Shown one piece after another: positions 30,085 through 41,249 of a DNA stretch of 64,000 bases. Position numbers and translations under genes: made by a program. Under the pieces are notes generated by a model, which saw nothing but the letters and a program-made list of their open reading frames with translations, made no database searches and had not been told where the DNA came from. This stretch comes from an uncultured Tateyamaria sp. (GTDB taxonomy: Bacteria; Pseudomonadota; Alphaproteobacteria; Rhodobacterales; Rhodobacteraceae): the NCBI RefSeq assembly GCF_947504105.1, contig NZ_CANNGP010000006.1, forward strand, positions 30,399 through 94,398, given 5' to 3'. Numbering within the stretch: the first letter of the stretch is position 1; each line of letters starts with the position of its first letter.

Positions 30085-31124
30085 CAAAACACGCTGTGAT
30101 CTCCACGTTCGACCGTGGCCTCGCCGTTGATGACGGCAGAATAGTAGTCAAACAGCGTATCCTGCCCCGTGGAAGGCGTCGCATCCCGGTCATAGCGGCC
30201 GGTGTCAGGGTCGATGGCCAGCATCGACTCCGTTGCGTAATAGAGGCCTATCCTTGCAAATTCGGCCTTTGCCGACAACGATGGTGCCACGCGGCTGGCA
30301 GCATTCAACATCCCTGCAATGCCACGCATCATGCCAACAGGGACATGCTTGAACTTTGCCGGGCACCCCAACAGAGAAAACAGATGCTCCCCCTGTGTGC
30401 GCGGTGTCAGTGCTGGCCCGGGTCCACCAATGGGCAGGATGCGGTTCTTGAGCGCAGGGTTTGACAGGCACGAGGCCAAATACTCCCCCAGATCTCGGTC
30501 ACTGATCGGTGTGCACGCCGTCAACACCCCGTCCCCGAACAACAGATAGGGCTTGCCCTGCTGTACACGCGAGATCTGACCGGCGAGGGATTTGAAGTAC
30601 GCCGTGGGGCGCACGATCGAATAGGTCAGACCAGACGCAACAAGTGCCTGTTCTGCAGCCAGTTTGGCGTGTTGAAAGGCAAGGCGCGGCTTCTGGACGC
30701 AGATCGCAGACAGCAGGACGAAGTGCTTTACCCCCGCGGCTTTGGCAACTTTGATGGCTTGAACTGTCGCTTGATGGTCGATGGCCCAGGCATCCTGAGG
30801 CGCACCGTTTCGCGACGCCAGGCATGAGACGAGAGCGTCGAATGGGCTGGCCGCAAGTACGGCGTTACGTAAAGACGCGGGGTCAGTAACATCGGCATGC
30901 ATGATCGCAGCCCCGGTCAGATCGGTGCACGCATCTTTGGGATCAAAGCTTGGACGCACGACGCAGGTCACGTCATACCCTCTGCGCACCAAGGCCGCTG
31001 TGGTCGCGCGACCAATGGTGCCCGTTGCGCCCAAAACGAGTATCCGATCGGGCAGATGGGTCGATGTTTGATCACTTTTTGTCGTCACAGCACTCAAAGC
31101 GTTGCCACAGAGCGCCGCAAACAT
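30084..31124 (-). CDS. NAD(P)H-binding (NmrA/atypical SDR-like) protein
   Basis: 346 aa. Rossmann motif ILVLGATGTIGRATTAALVRRGYDVTCVVR. Confidence 0.65.
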   Translation of the reverse strand: MFAALCGNALSAVTTKSDQTSTHLPDRILVLGATGTIGRATTAALVRRGYDVTCVVRPSFDPKDACTDLTGAAIMHADVTDPASLRNAVLAASPFDALVSCLASRNGAPQDAWAIDHQATVQAIKVAKAAGVKHFVLLSAICVQKPRLAFQHAKLAAEQALVASGLTYSIVRPTAYFKSLAGQISRVQQGKPYLLFGDGVLTACTPISDRDLGEYLASCLSNPALKNRILPIGGPGPALTPRTQGEHLFSLLGCPAKFKHVPVGMMRGIAGMLNAASRVAPSLSAKAEFARIGLYYATESMLAIDPDTGRYDRDATPSTGQDTLFDYYSAVINGEATVERGDHSVF

Positions 31125-31134
31125 CCAGCGCGGA

Positions 31135-31509
31135 CTAGATGTACCCGGCCCACCACATCCAGGTGATCACTACCGCAGCCACCAGCAGGATATTGAACGC
31201 GACGGCCCCCACAATACCAAGCCAAACACCTTTCCGGCGGTCCGCCCGGTCTATCCCCTGCAGAAACCTCACAATCCGCTCTTCTGCCGAGGACAGCGCC
31301 GTACCATCCACCTGCCGCATCAACTTTGGATGTCCGCCAACGGATTGAGCTGCAACGATCTTTTGCGCCTCTGCCCGCAAGCGCCGGGGCAGACGGCGCC
31401 CCGTGCGACGCAGCGCCGTCTCAAGCGATTTACCGCGGACACCGAAAGCTGCGGCCAGCGCATCTTGTACGCGTTTGGCACGGGCCTGAATGCTGTCTTG
31501 CGTTTCCAT
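31135..31509 (-). CDS. hypothetical C-terminally membrane-anchored protein
   Basis: 124 aa. Basic helical N-terminus and a single C-terminal TM segment (VWLGIVGAVAFNILLVAAVVITWMWW). Confidence 0.5.
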   Translation of the reverse strand: METQDSIQARAKRVQDALAAAFGVRGKSLETALRRTGRRLPRRLRAEAQKIVAAQSVGGHPKLMRQVDGTALSSAEERIVRFLQGIDRADRRKGVWLGIVGAVAFNILLVAAVVITWMWWAGYI

Positions 31510-31579
31510 GCCGTTTTCTATCGCTGTGTTCCTGCGTGCTCAATCCCTCTGGTGACGCGCGTCCAATACGACTAAGCCT

Positions 31580-32341
31580 GTGCGCATGCTCAGCTATTCC
31601 GAACACGGCGACACCAGCGATATTCCTGTTTTGATTGCGCACGGTCTGTATGGATCGGGCCGAAACTGGGGCGTGATTGCGAAACGACTGTCGGACACGC
31701 GACGTGTCATCACGGTCGATATGCGTAACCATGGGAACAGTTTCTGGTCCGATGCCCATGGCTATGCGGATCTGGCGGCCGATCTGGCGGAGGTGATCGA
31801 TACCTTGGGCGGACCAATGGATGTTGTCGGCCACTCCATGGGCGGCAAGGCCGCCATGATGCTGGCTCTAACGCGTCCCGATGCTGTACGCAGGCTTGTG
31901 GTCGGCGATATTGCGCCGGTGGGGTATGGGCACAGCCAGATGCAATACATCGACGCGATGCGCGCCGTTGATCTGACGAATGTTGCACGGCGATCAGAAG
32001 CAAATGATCAACTTGCGGCTCAGGGGGTGGAGCCGGCTTTGTGCAGTTTTCTGACTCAATCGCTGGACGTGGCACAGAAAAGGTGGCGCCTGAACCTGGA
32101 TGCATTGGCTGCAAACATGCCTGCAATTCTTGATTTTCCTACAATGACCGCGTCGTTCGATGGACCCACTCTCTTCCTTTCGGGTGGGTCAAGCGACTAC
32201 GTCACCCGCGATTACCGCCCAATCATCCGCACCCTGTTTCCAAGTGCACGATTTGTGAAAATCCCAAATGCCGGACATTGGCTTCATGCGGATGACCCAC
32301 GAGCATTTGAAGGGACCGTGCGCGCATATCTTGATGCTTAG
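31580..32341 (+). CDS. alpha/beta hydrolase
   Basis: Nucleophile elbow GHSMGG. HGLYGSGRNW oxyanion region. C-terminal His (NAGHWLHADDP). Start is GTG 31580 or ATG 31586. Confidence 0.75.
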   Translation: MRMLSYSEHGDTSDIPVLIAHGLYGSGRNWGVIAKRLSDTRRVITVDMRNHGNSFWSDAHGYADLAADLAEVIDTLGGPMDVVGHSMGGKAAMMLALTRPDAVRRLVVGDIAPVGYGHSQMQYIDAMRAVDLTNVARRSEANDQLAAQGVEPALCSFLTQSLDVAQKRWRLNLDALAANMPAILDFPTMTASFDGPTLFLSGGSSDYVTRDYRPIIRTLFPSARFVKIPNAGHWLHADDPRAFEGTVRAYLDA

Positions 32342-32415
32342 GCGCTCTTGTTACTTGACGTAACCCTAGCCGCCGCCGCAATTTTAGCGTCGGAGAGTTT
32401 GATAGGGGTGCGATC

Positions 32416-33660
32416 ATGTGGGGCAAGCTGCTTGACCGTTTTCTGACAGGCATGATGGTCGAGGACCGTCTCAGCCTGACTTATCCTGATGGAACAACAC
32501 AGGACTATGGGCCGGATACGGGGGCGTCGGCTCATCTTGAGATTACCGATACCGCCACCGTGCGCGCGCTGATCCTGAACCCGGATCTTGGCTTGGGCGA
32601 AGGGTACATGGACGGCAAGATAGTACCGAGAAATTGTACGTTGGATGATGTTCTGACCGTCATCGTACGCAATCGGTTCAAAGGCACCATTCCGCCCTGG
32701 ATGCTTCTGGCCAACCGTGCTCGGTTTCACATGCGTCGTTTCATCCAGAACAATACGCCCAACGCGTCGCGCAAGAACGTCGCCCACCACTATGACATCT
32801 CGGACGACCTCTACCGGCTCTTTCTGGACAAGGATATGCAGTACTCCTGCGCCTATTTCCGCGATGACACCATGACACTCGAGCAGGCGCAGATTGCCAA
32901 GAAAGCGCATATCGCAGGCAAGCTGTGTCTGGAGCCGGGAATGCACATACTGGACATCGGCTGTGGCTGGGGTGGCATGGCGCTGACATTGGCACGGGAC
33001 TATGGATGCCGGGTCACCGGCATAACGCTCAGCGAGAACCAGTTGGCGACGGCCCAGCGGCGTGCGGATGCAGCGGGGTTGTCAAACCAGATCGAATTCC
33101 GTTTGCAGGACTACCGGCATACATCGGGAACCTTTGACCGGATTGTGTCCGTTGGGATGCTTGAGCACGTAGGCGTGCCGAACTTCGACACGTATTTCGG
33201 TCGGGTGGCAGGGCTGTTGGACCCGGATGGGGTGGCCTTGATCCATACTATTGGCCGCTCAGCCCCGCCGATTGCGCATTCATCTTGGATCAACAAGTAC
33301 ATCTTTCCGGGCGGCTACGTTCCATCGTTGTCCGAGTTGGCCCCCGCAATGGAACGGTCTGGCCTGTGGCAAACCGATATCGAAGTCTGGCGTCTGCACT
33401 ATGCCAAGACCATCCGGCATTGGCGCGATCGCTTCGACGCCCATCTGGACGAGGTCAGAAGTACATATGATGAACGCTTTGTCCGCATGTTCCGTTACTA
33501 TCTGACGGTTTGCATATTGGCCTTTGAACATCAGATGCAAGGCGTCTACCACTTGCAGTTGGCGCACAAACGCGACGCGGTGCCGTTGACGCGGGACTAT
33601 CTGTATGAGGCCGCAACACCTGTATCGGACGGCGGCAGCCCGGAAAGAGTCTCTGCCTGA
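32416..33660 (+). CDS. cyclopropane-fatty-acyl-phospholipid synthase family SAM-dependent methyltransferase
   Basis: 414 aa. HYDISDDLYRLFLDKDMQYSCAYF and SAM motif ILDIGCGWGGMAL are typical of the CFA synthase/mycolic acid methyltransferase family. Confidence 0.8.
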   Translation: MWGKLLDRFLTGMMVEDRLSLTYPDGTTQDYGPDTGASAHLEITDTATVRALILNPDLGLGEGYMDGKIVPRNCTLDDVLTVIVRNRFKGTIPPWMLLANRARFHMRRFIQNNTPNASRKNVAHHYDISDDLYRLFLDKDMQYSCAYFRDDTMTLEQAQIAKKAHIAGKLCLEPGMHILDIGCGWGGMALTLARDYGCRVTGITLSENQLATAQRRADAAGLSNQIEFRLQDYRHTSGTFDRIVSVGMLEHVGVPNFDTYFGRVAGLLDPDGVALIHTIGRSAPPIAHSSWINKYIFPGGYVPSLSELAPAMERSGLWQTDIEVWRLHYAKTIRHWRDRFDAHLDEVRSTYDERFVRMFRYYLTVCILAFEHQMQGVYHLQLAHKRDAVPLTRDYLYEAATPVSDGGSPERVSA

Positions 33661-33694
33661 CTGCAGATTCCGCGATCTGCATGCTTTGCCCCTC

Positions 33695-33722
33695 TTGCAC
33701 CTTCTTGCGCCATCCCTATAAC
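33695..33722 (+). promoter_or_regulatory. sigma-70-like promoter candidate upstream of carB
   Basis: TTGCAC (33695-33700), N16, TATAAC (33717-33722), about 60 nt upstream of the carB ATG. Confidence 0.3.
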
Positions 33723-33780
33723 GCAGGACAATTTGCTCGCGCCCTGACGGCGCGGACTGAATCACATCCGGGGGGCCAAG

Positions 33781-36700
33781 ATGCCAAAGCGTACCGACAT
33801 CAAGTCGATCATGATTATCGGCGCGGGTCCCATTGTGATTGGCCAAGCCTGCGAGTTTGACTACTCGGGCGCGCAGGCCTGCAAGGCGCTGCGGGAAGAA
33901 GGGTACCGGGTCGTGCTGGTCAACTCGAACCCCGCCACCATCATGACTGATCCCGGATTGGCCGATGCGACCTATATCGAACCGATTACCCCAGAGGTCG
34001 TCGCCAAGATCATCGAGAAAGAGCGTCCCGACGCGCTGCTGCCGACGATGGGCGGCCAGACCGGTTTGAACACATCGCTGGCGCTTGAAGAGATGGGTGT
34101 ACTTGAGAAATACGGCGTCGAAATGATTGGCGCCAAGCGCGACGCCATCGAGATGGCCGAAGACCGCAAATTGTTCCGCGAGGCGATGGACCGGCTGGGA
34201 ATCGAGAACCCGCGCGCAACCATCGTGACGGCCCCCAAGGACGAGAATGGCAACAAGGACCTTGCTGCCGGTGTTGCCATTGCACTTGAGACACTGGAAG
34301 ACATTGGTCTGCCTGCCATCATCCGCCCAGCCTTCACCCTTGGCGGCACGGGCGGCGGCGTCGCCTACAACCGCGACGACTATATGGCGATCTGTCACTC
34401 TGGCATGGACGCGTCGCCCGTAGGCCAGATCCTTGTGGACGAAAGCCTGCTGGGGTGGAAGGAATACGAGATGGAGGTGGTGCGCGACACCGCCGACAAC
34501 GCCATTATCGTTTGTTCGATCGAAAACGTGGACCCCATGGGCGTGCACACAGGCGACAGCATCACCGTCGCCCCTGCCCTGACGCTGACGGACAAAGAAT
34601 ACCAGATCATGCGCAACCACTCGATCGCCGTACTGCGCGAAATCGGGGTGGAAACCGGCGGATCCAACGTGCAGTGGGCGATCAACCCGGATGACGGACG
34701 CATGGTGGTGATCGAGATGAACCCGCGTGTGTCGCGGTCGTCCGCACTGGCATCCAAGGCGACAGGCTTCCCTATTGCCAAGATCGCAACCAAGCTGGCA
34801 GTCGGCTACACGCTGGACGAGCTGGACAATGACATCACCAAGGTCACACCGGCCTCGTTCGAACCGACCATCGACTATGTCGTTACAAAGATCCCAAAAT
34901 TCGCGTTCGAAAAATTCCCAGGCTCCGAGGCATCCCTGACCACGGCCATGAAATCCGTGGGCGAAGTGATGGCCATCGGCCGCACGTTTCATGAAAGCCT
35001 GCAAAAGGCGATGGCATCCATGGAATCGGGCCTGACCGGGCTTGACGACATCAACATCCCCGGCGCACCCGACAAGGCAGCTGTGGTCAAGGCCATCTCG
35101 GCCCAAACCCCGGACCGACTGCGCCTGATCGCTCAAGCCATGCGGCACGGTCTAAGCGATGATGACATCTTTGGCGCAACCAAGTTTGATCCGTGGTTCC
35201 TGGCTCGCATCCGCGAGATCGTCAATACTGAAGAACACGTGCGCAATGACGGCCTGCCTGCCACCGAGGAAGGCCTGCGTGCGCTCAAGATGATGGGCTT
35301 TACTGACGCCAGGCTTGGTCAGTTGACCGGCAGCGACGAGGATCAGGTGAGGCGCGCGCGCGAAAACCTTGGGGTTCGCGCCGTGTTCAAACGGATCGAT
35401 ACCTGCGCTGCCGAATTCGAAGCCCAGACACCCTATATGTACTCGACCTACGAAACGCCTGTTTTCGGCGAAGTCGAATGCGAAGCCCGGCCGTCTGACC
35501 GCAAGAAGGTTGTCATTCTTGGGGGCGGACCGAACCGCATCGGCCAAGGAATCGAGTTTGACTATTGCTGCTGTCATGCCTGTTTTGCTCTGACAGCGGC
35601 GGGGTACGAAACGATCATGATCAACTGCAACCCCGAGACGGTCAGCACCGACTACGACACGTCGGATCGCCTATATTTCGAACCGCTGACTTTCGAACAT
35701 GTGATGGAGATCCTGCGTGTTGAGCAAGACAACGGCCTACTGCACGGGGTGATCGTGCAGTTCGGCGGACAGACCCCGCTGAAGCTGGCAAATGCGCTGG
35801 AAGAGGCGGGAATTCCAATCCTTGGCACAACACCCGATGCCATCGACTTGGCCGAAGACCGCGAGCGGTTTCAGGCGCTGGTGAACGATCTGGGGCTCAA
35901 GCAACCCAAGAACGGCATTGCTCATTCTGACGCGGAAGCAATTGAAATTGCAGGTGATATCGGGTTCCCGCTAGTGATCCGCCCGTCGTACGTCTTGGGC
36001 GGTCGCGCGATGGAGATTGTGCGCGATCAGGCGAACCTTGAGCGTTACATCTCGGAAGCTGTTGTGGTGTCGGGCGACAGCCCCGTTCTGTTGGACAGTT
36101 ACTTGGCTGGTGCGGTCGAACTGGATGTCGACGCACTGTGCGACGGTACCGACGTGCATGTCGCAGGCATCATGCAGCACATCGAGGAAGCAGGCGTGCA
36201 TTCGGGCGACAGCGCGTGTTCCTTGCCCCCATACTCGCTGAGCCCGGACCTGATTTCCGAGATTGAGGCGCAGACCCATGCGCTGGCGAAAGCACTGAAT
36301 GTCGTGGGGCTGATGAATGTCCAATTCGCCATTCAGGGCGACGATATTTTCCTGATCGAGGTAAACCCCCGCGCGTCACGGACCGTGCCCTTCGTTGCCA
36401 AGTCCACCGACAGTGCCATTGCGTCCATCGCGGCGCGCATTATGGCGGGTGAACCGCTGTCGAACTTCCCGCAGCGTCCCGCATATGACGCCGACGCCAG
36501 CTACGACAGTGTGCTACCATTGGCTGACCCGATGACCTTGGCCGATCCAAACATGCCATGGTTCTCGGTCAAGGAAGCCGTCTTGCCCTTTGCCCGCTTC
36601 CCGGGTGTGGACACCATCCTTGGCCCAGAAATGCGCTCGACCGGTGAGGTGATGGGCTGGGACCGCACCTTTGCCCGGGCGTTCCTCAAGGCACAGATGG

Positions 36701-37113
36701 GTGCTGGTATGGTTCTGCCGAATGCGGGATGCACGTTCATCTCGATCAAGGACATGGACAAGACGCCCCAAATGCTTGAGGCGGCTCAGATCCTGCGCAA
36801 ACTGGGCTTCAGCGCCGTTGCGACACGTGGGACAGCCAGCTGGCTTGAAGCAAATGGTGTGCCTTGCGGGACTGTGAACAAGGTCTACGAAGGGCGGCCC
36901 GACGTCACCGACATGATGAAGGACAACGGCATCCAATTGGTCTTCAACACAACTGAAGGCGCGCAGGCGGTCGAGGACAGCAAGTCGATCCGCTCGATCG
37001 CATTGTATGACAAGATTCCATATTTTACGACCGCAGCGGGTGCCTATGCAGCCGCGTTGGCCATCCAGGAACAAGCCCAAGGAGATGTAGGCGTCAAAGC
37101 CTTGCAGGCCTGA
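33781..37113 (+). CDS. carB: carbamoyl-phosphate synthase large subunit
   Basis: 1110 aa. [31 protein letters not shown]-terminus. Duplicated ATP-grasp halves and a C-terminal MGS-like domain. Confidence 0.95.
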   Translation: MPKRTDIKSIMIIGAGPIVIGQACEFDYSGAQACKALREEGYRVVLVNSNPATIMTDPGLADATYIEPITPEVVAKIIEKERPDALLPTMGGQTGLNTSLALEEMGVLEKYGVEMIGAKRDAIEMAEDRKLFREAMDRLGIENPRATIVTAPKDENGNKDLAAGVAIALETLEDIGLPAIIRPAFTLGGTGGGVAYNRDDYMAICHSGMDASPVGQILVDESLLGWKEYEMEVVRDTADNAIIVCSIENVDPMGVHTGDSITVAPALTLTDKEYQIMRNHSIAVLREIGVETGGSNVQWAINPDDGRMVVIEMNPRVSRSSALASKATGFPIAKIATKLAVGYTLDELDNDITKVTPASFEPTIDYVVTKIPKFAFEKFPGSEASLTTAMKSVGEVMAIGRTFHESLQKAMASMESGLTGLDDINIPGAPDKAAVVKAISAQTPDRLRLIAQAMRHGLSDDDIFGATKFDPWFLARIREIVNTEEHVRNDGLPATEEGLRALKMMGFTDARLGQLTGSDEDQVRRARENLGVRAVFKRIDTCAAEFEAQTPYMYSTYETPVFGEVECEARPSDRKKVVILGGGPNRIGQGIEFDYCCCHACFALTAAGYETIMINCNPETVSTDYDTSDRLYFEPLTFEHVMEILRVEQDNGLLHGVIVQFGGQTPLKLANALEEAGIPILGTTPDAIDLAEDRERFQALVNDLGLKQPKNGIAHSDAEAIEIAGDIGFPLVIRPSYVLGGRAMEIVRDQANLERYISEAVVVSGDSPVLLDSYLAGAVELDVDALCDGTDVHVAGIMQHIEEAGVHSGDSACSLPPYSLSPDLISEIEAQTHALAKALNVVGLMNVQFAIQGDDIFLIEVNPRASRTVPFVAKSTDSAIASIAARIMAGEPLSNFPQRPAYDADASYDSVLPLADPMTLADPNMPWFSVKEAVLPFARFPGVDTILGPEMRSTGEVMGWDRTFARAFLKAQMGAGMVLPNAGCTFISIKDMDKTPQMLEAAQILRKLGFSAVATRGTASWLEANGVPCGTVNKVYEGRPDVTDMMKDNGIQLVFNTTEGAQAVEDSKSIRSIALYDKIPYFTTAAGAYAAALAIQEQAQGDVGVKALQA

Positions 37114-37117
37114 CCCC

Positions 37118-37897
37118 CTACAAAGCAAGGAACCGGTCAGAAATCTGATCGAGGTTTTCCAAGATCGCATCCCCGAGGACCGAGGCCAGTTGCACATCGC
37201 GCGGGTCTATCATGTCGCCCGAAGCGGCGGCCGATAGAATGGCTTCCAAGGTATTCCACTTGCTGGCGACCTTGCCCAAAATAACCTTGATATGAATATT
37301 GGGTGCAGCGACCAAGCCGGTCACTGCATTGCCAACGATCAAGGCATCCAATGACGCTTTGAAATAGGAAATACGCTCAATCATCGCACGCTCTGCACCC
37401 GTCGGTGCAAGCTCCGTAAGAAAGAGACACAGATCGCGCTGAAATGCCTGCGAAACGACACGCAGTTCATGCAACACTGCGTATGAAGCACGATATTTGT
37501 GCGGCACCTGCGACAGAGCCTGATACCGCATCTGGCTGTAGTGGAACGCAAGCGTCGGGTTGGTCTTCAACAACAAGGTGACGGGAACGGTGTGCCGATC
37601 CCCCGCAACGATCTGTTGCGCCGACTTGGTGAGCGTCGCCACCTCTTGCGAAAGGTGAGCATTTGCCTGCGATTGCATGGAAACACTGGCAGACAACAGG
37701 GAGAGTTCCTTGACCGATGCGGCCACATCCTCGGCATGTACGGGCGTTTGCGCCCCGACAAAAAGCAGACACACGGATTTGGTTATGCGATGTACCAATA
37801 CCGCCTGGTCGGCCAACCCACGGACGGTTGCTGGTTCGCCAGCCGTCGCATGCATAGCGACACCCAATGCAAGGATTGTTTTCAGAAGCAGTTTCAT
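37118..37897 (-). CDS. hypothetical secreted helical protein (weak resemblance to PilJ/NarX-type periplasmic four-helix sensor modules)
   Basis: Start chosen at ATG 37897, giving signal peptide MKLLLKTILALGVAMHATA. All-helical. Two segments loosely recall the RxxxSQ repeats of PilJ/NarX P-box domains (LHELRVVSQAFQRD). No transmitter domain. Confidence 0.55.
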   Translation of the reverse strand: MKLLLKTILALGVAMHATAGEPATVRGLADQAVLVHRITKSVCLLFVGAQTPVHAEDVAASVKELSLLSASVSMQSQANAHLSQEVATLTKSAQQIVAGDRHTVPVTLLLKTNPTLAFHYSQMRYQALSQVPHKYRASYAVLHELRVVSQAFQRDLCLFLTELAPTGAERAMIERISYFKASLDALIVGNAVTGLVAAPNIHIKVILGKVASKWNTLEAILSAAASGDMIDPRDVQLASVLGDAILENLDQISDRFLAL

Positions 37898-37993
37898 CAA
37901 GACACTCACATCGTATCCAAACCGTATCATTGAGACATCTAGATGATCGAGCTTAAGGTGGGCTTAACTGCAACAGGGAGTGCTCACGTCCCC

Positions 37994-38021
37994 TTGCCCG
38001 GACCCGCACATTCAGTATAAC
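37994..38021 (+). promoter_or_regulatory. sigma-70-like promoter candidate for tRNA-Thr
   Basis: TTGCCC (37994-37999), N16, TATAAC (38016-38021), 12 nt upstream of the mature tRNA 5' end. Confidence 0.4.
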
Positions 38022-38033
38022 GCGCTCCATCAA

Positions 38034-38109
38034 GCCGCTGTAGCTCAGCTGGTAGAGCACGTCATTCGTAATGATGGGGTCGGGGGTTCGAGTCCCTTCA
38101 GCGGCACCA
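38034..38109 (+). tRNA. tRNA-Thr (anticodon CGU), CCA encoded
   Basis: GCCGCTG acceptor pairs with CAGCGGC. D arm GCTC-AGCTGGTA-GAGC. Anticodon stem CGTCA/TGATG with loop TT-CGT-AA. T arm GGGGG-TTCGAGT-CCCTT. Discriminator A plus CCA. 76 nt in total. Confidence 0.92.
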
Positions 38110-38153
38110 GGCACTTCAAAAAGCGTCCGGCAATCACGCGTTCACTGTTTTAT

Positions 38154-41100
38154 TCAGCTCAGTAGTGCCGCAAGGAAGAGCGTCAGATTTGCACCATCAC
38201 TGCCATCCGGATCTGCGACATCCGCAGTCTGAGGAATGACAGTCGCATCACTTGGACCATCCCAATTCGGTTCCAATCGCCCCAGACCGCCCTGTTCGAC
38301 AAGGTCGCGCACAAGCGAAAAGGCGGCCGCCGGGCGCTGGAGGCGGATAAAGTCGGACGTTGGCAAACCCATACCGTCGCGCTGGGCAATTCCCATGCGC
38401 GCTGCCATGGACAAGACACGCTGCGTACGCACCTTTGCACTGTAGCCTTGGGCAATGGCCTGATCGACAGAGGCAACGGCAGCACTTCCATCAAAGCTGA
38501 TCCCCCGACGCCGCATATGTGTGGCCCCCGTCAGCGAATACACGTCGTCCACCACAACCGCCGTTCCAGGCAAGCTGGCCGCTCGTCCCGGAAATGCATT
38601 CGGATGAAAGGCCGCAACGCGGTCCGGTGCGATGCCGGTCAATGCCTGGAGCGCTTCTGTCCGCAACTGGATTGACGCCCGCACATAGGGGGCTGGTTCG
38701 AAATCAGTTTCGCGCGGCGTACACACCACCACCTTCAGTCGTGGCTGCGCGGCCAGCCGATCGGCCAGTAGTTGTATCAGGTCGATCGCAACCGCATCCG
38801 AATTACCCCCCGCGTGCACCGTGCGAGCCAGCCCTGCGGTTTCGATGTAAACCAGTTCTTCAGCCTGATGGAACGCCCGGGCGAGTGACCACAGCGCGTC
38901 ACGCGCACCATGCACTGAAAGCTCGTACTCGCGGCGCAATTCGTTCAACAGACGGTTGCCATTGGTGACGTTCAATGTTGGTGCGGGCAGGCCAAGAGCG
39001 CTCGCAATGTCATTGATGACGGTCTGCAGGTCAATCGGTGTGTCTGAATCGAGCGGATTGCCCGGCGGCAGTAGCGAGAGCTCGGGCGTTTCCGCGACAG
39101 CTGCGATGGACTGTAGAAGTACGCCAGACGAGGTCGCGTCCGCAGGCGGATCCCCTGCCCGTTCCGGTAGGTCCATGTTGTCCCCGCCCGACATTGCAAG
39201 CCATCCGGGCGCTTGCGCGGGCGGCGGGCCACCCGGAAGAGGAATGAAGGGCTGTACTCTGCGCACGGCGTGACGGGCCAGATCGTAGGCAAGTGACCCC
39301 TCCACACGAACACCGGACGAATGCGTATCTGGACCGGGCGGGTTACCGGGATTTCCCTGACCGTGACTTGCTGACAGGGCGTCGCGCGACCACGAGGTTC
39401 CGCTCAGCACCCCGCTCCAATCCAGCCCCTCGCTGATTGCGGCCGAACCGATGCCGCTGACCACGACCGCTTCCAGCCGCCCCATGGTCGGGAGGCGCGG
39501 CCCGGTGCGTGGCACTGTTTCGGACGCAAGCGCGCGCGCTGCATCCACAGGTGTTCCGGCAGCGCCGTCATCCGGACCATCATCAGTGCCGAACAGCGGA
39601 ACAGGAGCGATGGATTTCACAGTGTCCGGTACCGCCGCCATTCGATCGGGCGCAGGCACAAAAAGGTCCACTGGCACAGTGGCAGGACCGGTAGCAATGG
39701 ACAGGGTGCGCGCGGCAAACAGCCTGCGGTTCTGAGTTCGGGGTGCAACGACCATGTCAAAGACCAGCGTAGCGGGATCGGGCTTGGGGTCACCAGGTTC
39801 GAGGCCCAACGGGTTGTGCACTAATATCTGTGTAGGTTGGGCCGCAACTGCGATCGCGGCCCCCCCATCTCCACGCTTGAACGAAGGGGTTTCGCCGATC
39901 GCGGGGATTGAGATGAAACGCTGATTGTAAAGTCGCACAGCGCTCCCGTCCGGGACAGCATCAGCTGCAAGCACGACCACCACATCTTCACCTGCTGTCC
40001 AAGTCGCCGTGGCACCAGCAAGAGGCGCTGGGTTTGCTCCGAATACGCCTGCACCTGCGCCAGTCGGGAAAGCAGGCCATCGGGCGGGGGCACCGGGTGC
40101 AGGTGGGACCGGCACACCGTCATCAAGCTCTGGTGCCGCCGCAAAAACCAGAGGGTTCCCCGCCGCACCGTCCATGCGTGTCAGCACCGCGTTGGACAGG
40201 GCCATCAGGTCAGGACCATCAGCCGCGTAATCAACAACAACCTCCGTCCGCACTTGCGGCTTCAGATCATCCGGCATGTCGCCGTCGTCGGCAGGGACCC
40301 CAGCCACGGCACTTGTGGTGCGGTTTCCCCGAAGGTGCCAATCAAGATCCACGGCAAAGGCCCGCAGAAACTGACGGGGCAACGCAATACCACCCGGAAG
40401 GCCCGGCTGTGCAAGTGGTCCCTGCGTCATTGTTCCGCCCGTGGCCCACCCCACCCGAATGCGGCCATCGGCATCGTCACCCGTCGCCGCAAGCACCTCG
40501 CTCGCCGCGAGTGTTACCATCCCGGACCCGTCAAGGTTGCCGGTGGGCGTGTCAGAGCCATCTTGCTTCTCAACGCCGACCCCCCCAAGGGCGGCGACAA
40601 ACGGGTTCCCGTGCAAGTCCACAACCTGCACAATGACGCCCGAGGCAAGCCCGGCAATGGTGGCAACGCCACCTGCTCCACCCGTTCCGCCACCGTCCGA
40701 AAAATCGAGGGCCGGGAAGGCTGTAATGAGGTCATCAAACAAGGCGGCCACCGACACGGGATCAATGATCAAACCGCGATGGTCATGAAAACTCATTGGC
40801 TCTGAACGACCAAGGTTTTCGCCGGGTTCGTATGTCTGTGGCGACCGATCCGGCACAGGTACGGCCCCGGCAAACACCAGTGTTTCAGGCACGGGGCGAT
40901 GATGCGGTGCAGGTGCAACCGCGTATCGCGCCATCAGGCTGGACAGTCGGGCAACAGCCTGCGGGTGGAGACGAAACGCGGCGACTGGGCCGGCGATGCC
41001 TGCCCCACTTACATCGCGAAACTCGTGACCTTGATCAAGATACTCCAACGTGCCACGAAATGGCGCCAAGGCATTGCCTGACGGTGTCAGCTGAAGGGTG

Positions 41101-41249
41101 GCGGCGTTGAACGTAGGGTCTGCGGCACCCCAAGCATTCGACAGGTGCGGCATCGTCAAACCAAGCGCATCCAGACCATTGTCTTGCAGAGCTTGTGCAG
41201 CAGCTTGCGGGGTTAGAGTGAAGACGTTCAACTGTGTCATGGCGGTCAA
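38154..41249 (-). CDS. giant-operon protein C (1031 aa), unknown function; C-terminal degenerate PLD-like layout
   Basis: Uninterrupted 3.1 kb ORF. Start is TTG 41249 (TTGA overlap with the upstream stop) or ATG 41240 (5 nt after it). Gly/Ala/Pro/Asp-rich but with normal hydrophobic content. No signal peptide, and no P-loop seen by eye. Confidence 0.85.
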   Translation of the reverse strand: MTAMTQLNVFTLTPQAAAQALQDNGLDALGLTMPHLSNAWGAADPTFNAATLQLTPSGNALAPFRGTLEYLDQGHEFRDVSGAGIAGPVAAFRLHPQAVARLSSLMARYAVAPAPHHRPVPETLVFAGAVPVPDRSPQTYEPGENLGRSEPMSFHDHRGLIIDPVSVAALFDDLITAFPALDFSDGGGTGGAGGVATIAGLASGVIVQVVDLHGNPFVAALGGVGVEKQDGSDTPTGNLDGSGMVTLAASEVLAATGDDADGRIRVGWATGGTMTQGPLAQPGLPGGIALPRQFLRAFAVDLDWHLRGNRTTSAVAGVPADDGDMPDDLKPQVRTEVVVDYAADGPDLMALSNAVLTRMDGAAGNPLVFAAAPELDDGVPVPPAPGAPARWPAFPTGAGAGVFGANPAPLAGATATWTAGEDVVVVLAADAVPDGSAVRLYNQRFISIPAIGETPSFKRGDGGAAIAVAAQPTQILVHNPLGLEPGDPKPDPATLVFDMVVAPRTQNRRLFAARTLSIATGPATVPVDLFVPAPDRMAAVPDTVKSIAPVPLFGTDDGPDDGAAGTPVDAARALASETVPRTGPRLPTMGRLEAVVVSGIGSAAISEGLDWSGVLSGTSWSRDALSASHGQGNPGNPPGPDTHSSGVRVEGSLAYDLARHAVRRVQPFIPLPGGPPPAQAPGWLAMSGGDNMDLPERAGDPPADATSSGVLLQSIAAVAETPELSLLPPGNPLDSDTPIDLQTVINDIASALGLPAPTLNVTNGNRLLNELRREYELSVHGARDALWSLARAFHQAEELVYIETAGLARTVHAGGNSDAVAIDLIQLLADRLAAQPRLKVVVCTPRETDFEPAPYVRASIQLRTEALQALTGIAPDRVAAFHPNAFPGRAASLPGTAVVVDDVYSLTGATHMRRRGISFDGSAAVASVDQAIAQGYSAKVRTQRVLSMAARMGIAQRDGMGLPTSDFIRLQRPAAAFSLVRDLVEQGGLGRLEPNWDGPSDATVIPQTADVADPDGSDGANLTLFLAALLS

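Noticed and set aside
38110-38153. A direct repeat of the tRNA-Thr 3' end (att-like scar) marking island boundaries.
   Set aside because: I could not find TTCGAGTCCCTTCAGCGGCACCA-like sequence in the 52589-53109 spacer or elsewhere in the window. No integrase or excisionase gene is nearby.
38466-38858. A canonical HKD (HxKxxxxD) phospholipase D active site in giant protein C.
   Set aside because: No HxK precedes the VVVDD strand, and no second HKD motif exists elsewhere in the protein. Only the degenerate layout is reported, as a low-confidence finding.
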